Assembly (NCBI GenBank): GCA_041744775.1
Contig: JBGTKE010000186.1
Span: 1 to 38,227, forward strand
Direction of reading: 5' to 3'
DNA from: Hyphomonas sp.
GTDB lineage: Bacteria > Pseudomonadota > Alphaproteobacteria > Caulobacterales > Hyphomonadaceae
Length of the DNA: 38,227 nt
Shown: positions 32,952 through 38,227 of the stretch, piece after piece
How positions within the stretch are numbered: position 1 is the first letter of the stretch
Layout: the number at the start of each line of letters is the position of its first letter
Position numbers and translations under genes: made by a program
The notes under the pieces: model-generated
What the model was told of the DNA's origin: nothing
Database searches by the model: none
What the model saw: the letters and a program-made list of their open reading frames with translations, nothing else

Positions 32952-34405
32952 TCTGCCCTCTGCTCCACTTTCGTATGTTTGTACGCGTCGAGCGCCCGTT
33001 GCCGGGCTGAACGGTGGTCAACGATCGGCTCAGGGTAGTCGTTCCCGAGAGCCACACCCGCTGCGCTGCGGATCGATTCCGGCGCTTCAAACGGTGCGTG
33101 CAGGAACTTGTCCGGCAGAAGCGACAATTCAGGGCACCATCGGCGCACGTAAGCGCCAGTTTCGTCAAACTTGCTCCCCTGGGTGATCGGGTTGAACACG
33201 CGGAAATAGGGGGCCGCATCCGCGCCGCTTCCGGCCGTCCACTGCCAGCTTGCCGCATTGATCGCGGGGTCGGCATCTACCAGCGTATCCCAGAACCAAG
33301 TTTCGCCGGCTTGCCAGGGCAGCAGCAGATGCTTCGTCAGGAACGAGGCGGTGATCATCCGTACACGGTTGTGCATCCAGCCGGTGTGCCAGAGCTGGCG
33401 CATGCCGGCATCGACAGCGGGATAGCCGGTCTCACCCCTCTGCCACGCGCCCAATGCCTCATCATCTGAACGCCACGGCATCCTGTCGAAGGCGAGATTG
33501 TAATTCTTGTGCGCCAGATCCGGATTGAAGTGCAGCAGCATGTGCGAAAACTCGCGCCAGGCAATCTCGGACAGGAAAACCTGGCCTGCGCGTTCGTCGA
33601 TCCTGCGGGCTTCGATGCCCGCTTTCACGGCCCGCCAGATCTGGGCTGGGCCGATCTCGCCAAACCGAAGGTGCGGAGAGAGACGCGAAGTCGAATCATC
33701 ACGGTCGGGCCGGTTGCGGTTCTCGGCATAGGCGTTGACCGGGCCATCCAGGAATTCGGCCAGTCGTGTACGGGCGCCGTCCTCGCCCGGCGTCCAGGCA
33801 TCGGCCAACCCCTGCGCCCAGTCCGGCGCGCGCGGGTGCAAGGCCCAGCTCTCCAACTCCTCGGTTTCGACGCTCTCACTTGTCATGCGCCGGGGTGCCG
33901 GAAGCGGTGGGGGCGCTACGTAGGCGGCCTGAAGGGCGCGCCAGAAGGGCGTGAATACCCGGTAATAGCCTCCCGAGCCCGTTTTCAGCGCCCAAGGTTC
34001 CATCAGGAGACGCCCGTTGTAGCTCTGGACCTCGATCCCTGCGTCCCTGAGCGCCGCCTTTACGCGCGAATCGGACGTCTTCTCGGCATCGCCGTACCGG
34101 CGGTTCCAGAATACGGCCGCCGCGCCAGTCTCCCGGATCAGTCCGGACAGAACCTCGAAGGCGTCTCCCGTCCTGAGAATTAGTTGGCTTCCGATCGCCT
34201 CCAGGGACACGGCCAGCGACATCAGGCTCTGGTTTAGCCACCACTTGGCTGCGCCGCCGAGCGGGCGGGCAGTCGTGATGCCTGTTTCGCGAACGTAAAG
34301 ACAGATCACGGGCGATCCGCTCGCGACCGCCGCGCCGAGGGCCGGGTTGTCGAATAGCCGCAGGTCCTCTCGGAACCAGACAATGGCGGGCGGCGAAACT
34401 GACAT
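32948..34405 (-). CDS. phrB: Deoxyribodipyrimidine photolyase (class I CPD type)
   Basis: VWFREDLRLFDNPAL, TSRLSPHLRFGEI, WREF, GETGYPAVDAGMRQLWHTGWMHNRVRM, DAAPYFRVFNP, YPEPIVDH. Confidence 0.95.
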   Translation of the reverse strand: MSVSPPAIVWFREDLRLFDNPALGAAVASGSPVICLYVRETGITTARPLGGAAKWWLNQSLMSLAVSLEAIGSQLILRTGDAFEVLSGLIRETGAAAVFWNRRYGDAEKTSDSRVKAALRDAGIEVQSYNGRLLMEPWALKTGSGGYYRVFTPFWRALQAAYVAPPPLPAPRRMTSESVETEELESWALHPRAPDWAQGLADAWTPGEDGARTRLAEFLDGPVNAYAENRNRPDRDDSTSRLSPHLRFGEIGPAQIWRAVKAGIEARRIDERAGQVFLSEIAWREFSHMLLHFNPDLAHKNYNLAFDRMPWRSDDEALGAWQRGETGYPAVDAGMRQLWHTGWMHNRVRMITASFLTKHLLLPWQAGETWFWDTLVDADPAINAASWQWTAGSGADAAPYFRVFNPITQGSKFDETGAYVRRWCPELSLLPDKFLHAPFEAPESIRSAAGVALGNDYPEPIVDHRSARQRALDAYKHTKVEQRAE

Positions 34406-34439
34406 GAATTTGGGCCAAATCCTGAAGTCCGGTTTCAGG

Positions 34440-34468
34440 AGATACGCTTGGCGACACGCTTTGGATCA
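34440..34468 (-). promoter_or_regulatory. RpoE (ECF11, ChrR-controlled)-type promoter of the photolyase operon
   Basis: Minus strand TGATCC (34468-34463), 15 nt, then GCGTATCT (34447-34440). This resembles the Rhodobacter/Caulobacter sigmaE consensus and sits 34 bp upstream of the photolyase ATG. Confidence 0.75.
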
Positions 34469-34543
34469 ATTCGGCCTGCATGGCCGGACTTTCAACCGGC
34501 TGTAGGCGCCGCTATACCGCCCATAACTCAGAGAAAGCGCCAG

Positions 34544-36007
34544 ATGCAGCCCGCCCGCCTTCGCCAGATCATGGACAAAGCGCGGGGTCAGCGCGTGCTT
34601 TGCGTCGGCGACGTAATGCTGGACCGGTTTGTCTATGGCGTCGTGAACCGGATTTCCCCCGAGGCGCCGGTACCGGTCCTGCGCCAGACCCGCGCGGCCA
34701 GCATGCCTGGCGGCGCTGCCAACGTGGCCCGCAATCTCGCCTCACTCGGGCTCCAGGCGATCATCATCGGCGCGGTCGGCACCGACGAGGCAGGCATAGA
34801 GCTAAACGAACTGCTCGAACATTCTCCCGGCATCTCGGCCCGGCTCGTGCCATTAAAAGAGCGACCCACCACACTGAAAACCCGTCTTGTGGCGGGCGGT
34901 CAGCAGCTGCTTCGCCTGGATGCCGAGGAAGTCGGCGCGCCCGGTGCGGCGGGCGAGCATGCAATCATTGCCGCGGTCGCGGAACTCGTTCCAACCGTCT
35001 CGGCCGTGCTCATCTCGGATTATGCCAAAGGCCTGCTCACCGACGCTGTTTTGTCGGCGATCCTCCAGGCCGCCGCGCAGCATTCCGTTCCCGTGATCGC
35101 CGACCCAAAGGGCCGGGATTTCTCGCGTTACGGCGCCGTCGATATCCTCAAGCCCAACGCCGGCGAACTCGGCGCGGCAATGGGCCTGCAAACGACGACC
35201 AACGAAGAGGTCGCACTTGCCCTTGAGAATGCGCAGAGACTGCTACCTGCCAAAGCTGTCGTCGTGACGCGCGCGGCGCAGGGCATGTCTTACGTCTCCG
35301 CCAGCGGAGAAAGCGGTCATGTCACCGGCAAGGCGCGCGAAGTCTTTGACGTATCGGGTGCTGGCGATACCAGTCTGGCGGCACTGGCAGCGGCCGTCGT
35401 GGCCGGTGCAAGCCTTGACGAGGCCGTCAACATTGCGATCCTCGCCTCTGGAATAGCCGTGGGAAAATCCGGCACCGCAACTGTTTCGGCGATGGAACTT
35501 CTGGATACCATTCAGGTTTCACACTGGGCGCAGAAGGCGGGCTGCCTGTCGGTTGATGCGATGGTGGGGCAGATTGAACGCTGGAGGGAAGGGGACCTGC
35601 GCATCGGATTCACCAATGGTGTGTTCGATATTCTGCATCCTGGCCACGTCCGCGTCCTCGAAGAGTCCCGTAGCCGGTGCGACAGGCTCATTGTCGGTCT
35701 GAACTCCGACGCTTCCGTCAAGCGCCTGAAAGGCCCCGAACGGCCCGTAAACGGCGAGCAGGACCGCGCGCAGGTCCTGTGCGGCCTGGCTGCGGTCGAT
35801 GGGGTGGTCATCTTCGAGGAAGATACGCCCCTCAACCTGATCGCCGCGCTCAAGCCCGACGTGCTGGTCAAGGGCGGCGACTACACACGGGACACGATCG
35901 TCGGGGCGGATCTCGTCGAGGCGCGCGGCGGCGAAGTCATCGTCGTGCCGCTGGTGCCTGACCAGTCGACCACGTCGATCATTGCCCGGTCCAGGCGGAG
36001 CACTTGA
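34544..36007 (+). CDS. hldE: Bifunctional heptose 7-phosphate kinase / heptose 1-phosphate adenylyltransferase
   Basis: VGDVMLDRF..RISPEAPVPV, GGAANVA, SDYAKG, DVSGAGDT, FTNGVFDILHPGH, GLNSDASVKRLKG, VKGGDY, STTSII. Confidence 0.95.
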   Translation: MQPARLRQIMDKARGQRVLCVGDVMLDRFVYGVVNRISPEAPVPVLRQTRAASMPGGAANVARNLASLGLQAIIIGAVGTDEAGIELNELLEHSPGISARLVPLKERPTTLKTRLVAGGQQLLRLDAEEVGAPGAAGEHAIIAAVAELVPTVSAVLISDYAKGLLTDAVLSAILQAAAQHSVPVIADPKGRDFSRYGAVDILKPNAGELGAAMGLQTTTNEEVALALENAQRLLPAKAVVVTRAAQGMSYVSASGESGHVTGKAREVFDVSGAGDTSLAALAAAVVAGASLDEAVNIAILASGIAVGKSGTATVSAMELLDTIQVSHWAQKAGCLSVDAMVGQIERWREGDLRIGFTNGVFDILHPGHVRVLEESRSRCDRLIVGLNSDASVKRLKGPERPVNGEQDRAQVLCGLAAVDGVVIFEEDTPLNLIAALKPDVLVKGGDYTRDTIVGADLVEARGGEVIVVPLVPDQSTTSIIARSRRST

Positions 36008-36108
36008 CTCCCAATTTGGCGAAGATGCGCTTGTGATCGCCCGTCAAGCCGCCGCGTTTTAGCCCGCTCCGGCGCATGGGAATGAGGGCCGGGGCCCTGC
36101 CCCGCCCT

Positions 36109-36558
36109 TCAGTTTGTCGAGTGCTTCTTGAGCTCGTAGGTGCCGCGCCCGGTCACGTCGAACCAATCCGGAATATCGGGATGGCTGAGCGGCATGTCGG
36201 AATCATCGGCCAGCAGGTTCTGCTCCGACACATACGCAATGTAATGCGTCCGCTCATTCTCGGCGAACAGATGGTAAAATGGCTGGTCCTTGTTGGGACG
36301 CACTTCCTCGGGAATGGATTCGTACCATTCGTCGGTGTTCGCAAACTGGGGGTCCACGTCAAAAATGACGCCCCGGAACGCAAAAATCCGGTGCCGAACG
36401 ACCTGTCCGATCTGGAATTTGGCGATGTGCTTGGAAATGGAGCCGTAGTGATAGCGCTCGTCAATCTTCTCCGTCAGCACCAAAGGTTCACGTCTGCGCT
36501 GCTTCGATCCACCGAAAATGGTGCGCCACCAAGCGCCCGGGCCCCGTCTACTGGTCAT
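36109..36558 (-). CDS. hspQ: Heat shock protein HspQ (YccV-like domain) with N-terminal extension
   Basis: AKFQIGQVVRHR..FRGVIFDVDP.FANTDEWYESIP...DQPFYHLFAEN...AYVSEQNL. ATG 36558 is preceded by AGGAG at 6-nt spacing; a later start at GTG 36480 is possible. Confidence 0.9.
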   Translation of the reverse strand: MTSRRGPGAWWRTIFGGSKQRRREPLVLTEKIDERYHYGSISKHIAKFQIGQVVRHRIFAFRGVIFDVDPQFANTDEWYESIPEEVRPNKDQPFYHLFAENERTHYIAYVSEQNLLADDSDMPLSHPDIPDWFDVTGRGTYELKKHSTN

Positions 36559-36609
36559 TTTCAGCTCCTATGGTAGAGCATGCCCCAAGTTTGGGTTTCG
36601 GGCCACACC

Positions 36610-37719
36610 ATGGCTGACAAAAAAGACGGAACTGGCGGTCGCAGGCGCGGCCCGCCCAGTTCCCAACGGGGAAAGCCGCTCTATGCGGCGGTGGACCTTG
36701 GTACGAACAATTGCCGGCTGCTGGTCGCGGAGCCCCGTGGCCAGTCTTTTCGCGTGGTTGATTCGTATTCGCAGATCGCCCGCCTGGGCGAAGGCCTGCA
36801 CGATTCCGGACGTTTGTCGGACGCTGCTGTCGAGCGGGCGATGAGCGCCCTCCACGCCATCCGCAACAAGCTTAAGCAGCACGGCGTAGGCCGCATCCGG
36901 TGCATTGCCACCGAGGCTTGCCGCAAGGCCGTCAACGGGGCTGATTTCATTCGCCGCGTGCAGGATGAGACCGGCCTGACCTTCAAGGTGATCGGCGCCC
37001 GGGAAGAAGCCCGCCTGGCGACCATCGGCTGTTACGACCTGATCCTGCCCGAAGTGAAGTCCGTGCTGGTCGTGGATGTTGGGGGCGGCTCGACCGAACT
37101 GTCCCACGTCGATGCCAGCGCCACGCGAAACGGCGGTCTGGCCGGCATCCTGCGCGACGCGCCGATCCTCGATTGGACCAGCCTGAAGGTCGGCGTGGTG
37201 ACTCTGACCGAAGCCGTCGACCTCAGCGATGAAGTGGCTGCCTGGCCGCTGATGCTGGAGCGGGCCCGAAACGCCGTGAAAAGCTGGCCGGCAATCGAAC
37301 GCGTGGCAAAGCGGCTCGCCGACGATGAGGGCTATCTGATCGGTACCTCCGGAACGGTTACATGTCTCGCCGGAGTTCATCTCAAACTCGACCGTTATCG
37401 CCGCGACAAGGTGGACGGCAGCTGGCTCACCCGTGCGGACGGCCGCGCCACCATGGACCAGCTTCGCCATCTCGGTGTTGCAGGGCGGGCGCTGCTTCCG
37501 ACGATCGGGGAGGAACGCGCGCCGCTCATGCTCGCCGGATGCGCGATTATGGAGGCAGTCTGGGAAGTTTTCGACGCACACAAACTGCGCGTTGCGGATC
37601 GCGGGCTGCGCGAAGGCCTCCTATTGTCGATGATGCACGGACAACGGCCCCAACGGCGCCGGCGCCCGAAACGGCCTAACCAACGGCCGGTCCCCGTGGG
37701 AGATGGCAATGTCGGATGA
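36610..37719 (+). CDS. ppx: Ppx/GppA family exopolyphosphatase (short form)
   Basis: AAVDLGTNNCRLL, RLGEGL, ATEACR.A.NG, EEARLA, VDVGGGSTE, GTSGTVT, GLREGLL. Confidence 0.92.
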   Translation: MADKKDGTGGRRRGPPSSQRGKPLYAAVDLGTNNCRLLVAEPRGQSFRVVDSYSQIARLGEGLHDSGRLSDAAVERAMSALHAIRNKLKQHGVGRIRCIATEACRKAVNGADFIRRVQDETGLTFKVIGAREEARLATIGCYDLILPEVKSVLVVDVGGGSTELSHVDASATRNGGLAGILRDAPILDWTSLKVGVVTLTEAVDLSDEVAAWPLMLERARNAVKSWPAIERVAKRLADDEGYLIGTSGTVTCLAGVHLKLDRYRRDKVDGSWLTRADGRATMDQLRHLGVAGRALLPTIGEERAPLMLAGCAIMEAVWEVFDAHKLRVADRGLREGLLLSMMHGQRPQRRRRPKRPNQRPVPVGDGNVG

Positions 37720-38227
37720 AGAGAAGCGGCGCTGGAGGAAGCCGACAACCGAAAAGGCCGGGTCGGGCCGGAGCGTGACGGAGCGCAAGGTAATCGCCCG
37801 GAACGCCAAGACCGAAAGTTCGAAAAAGTGGATCGAGCGGCAATTGCAGGACCCCTACGTCCGCAAGGCCATCGATGCCGGCTATCGCTCCCGCGCGGCG
37901 TACAAAATGCTCGAGATCGACGAGGAAGCGCACATCCTGAAACGCGGCCAGCGGGTCATCGACCTCGGCTGCGCACCGGGCGGCTGGATCCAGGTCGCGC
38001 TGCTGAAAGGCGCAGCGGAAGTCGTGGGGATTGACCTTCTGCCGGTTCAGACCATCGACGGCGCGACGATCATCGAAGGCGACGTCAACGATCCCGATGA
38101 TGTGGATAAGGTTCTCGCGGCCTTGAGCGGGCCTCCGGATTTGATCCTGTCAGATATGGCTGCCAACACGACCGGCCACAAACAGACCGATCACCTGCGC
38201 ACCGTTTCGCTGGTCGAACTAGCCGTC
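37709..38227 (+). CDS. rlmE: 23S rRNA Um2552 methyltransferase (3' truncated by window edge)
   Basis: Not in the ORF track. My translation from ATG 37709 reads MSDEEKRRW...SSKKWIERQLQDPYVRKA..GYRSRAAYK...DLGCAPGGW...LSDMAANTTGH...DHLR and stays open to the window end. Confidence 0.95.
   Translation, partial: MSDEEKRRWRKPTTEKAGSGRSVTERKVIARNAKTESSKKWIERQLQDPYVRKAIDAGYRSRAAYKMLEIDEEAHILKRGQRVIDLGCAPGGWIQVALLKGAAEVVGIDLLPVQTIDGATIIEGDVNDPDDVDKVLAALSGPPDLILSDMAANTTGHKQTDHLRTVSLVELAV

Noticed and set aside
36085-36110. GC-rich imperfect hairpin at the hspQ stop as a bidirectional terminator
   Set aside because: It has no U-tract on either side, a bulged stem and a 3-nt loop, so it cannot be supported as an intrinsic terminator.

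Overview
This window is GC-rich alphaproteobacterial core chromosome, most like Hyphomonadaceae/Caulobacterales (inferred from gene order, LpxI, the GTTC-N7-GTTC SOS box and protein style). In order it carries: the 3' end of dnaE; rpsB-tsf; pyrH-frr-uppS-cdsA-dxr-rseP-bamA-skp-lpxD-lpxA-lpxI-lpxB (no fabZ); gltA-gltX on the minus strand; comEC; lexA with its SOS box; a coupled ppiD-trpE-trpG-trpD-trpC operon (-); tpiA-secG-pyrG; a four-gene minus-strand operon (photolyase, FAD oxidoreductase, DUF1365 protein, CFA-family methyltransferase); hldE; hspQ; ppx/gppA; and the 5' part of rlmE. I saw no mobile element, RNA gene, CRISPR array or defence island, and no clearly undescribed system. The most notable items are: (i) the photolyase operon, which has an RpoE(ECF11)-type promoter and resembles a complete UfaD/UfaO/UfaM furan-fatty-acid pathway; (ii) an HspQ with an SD-supported N-terminal extension resembling a membrane-targeting helix; (iii) a pseudoknot-like rpsB leader; (iv) strand-skewed KOPS octamers; (v) insertions or tails in BamA, GltX and SecG. 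All calls come from reading the sequence by eye, without database searches.
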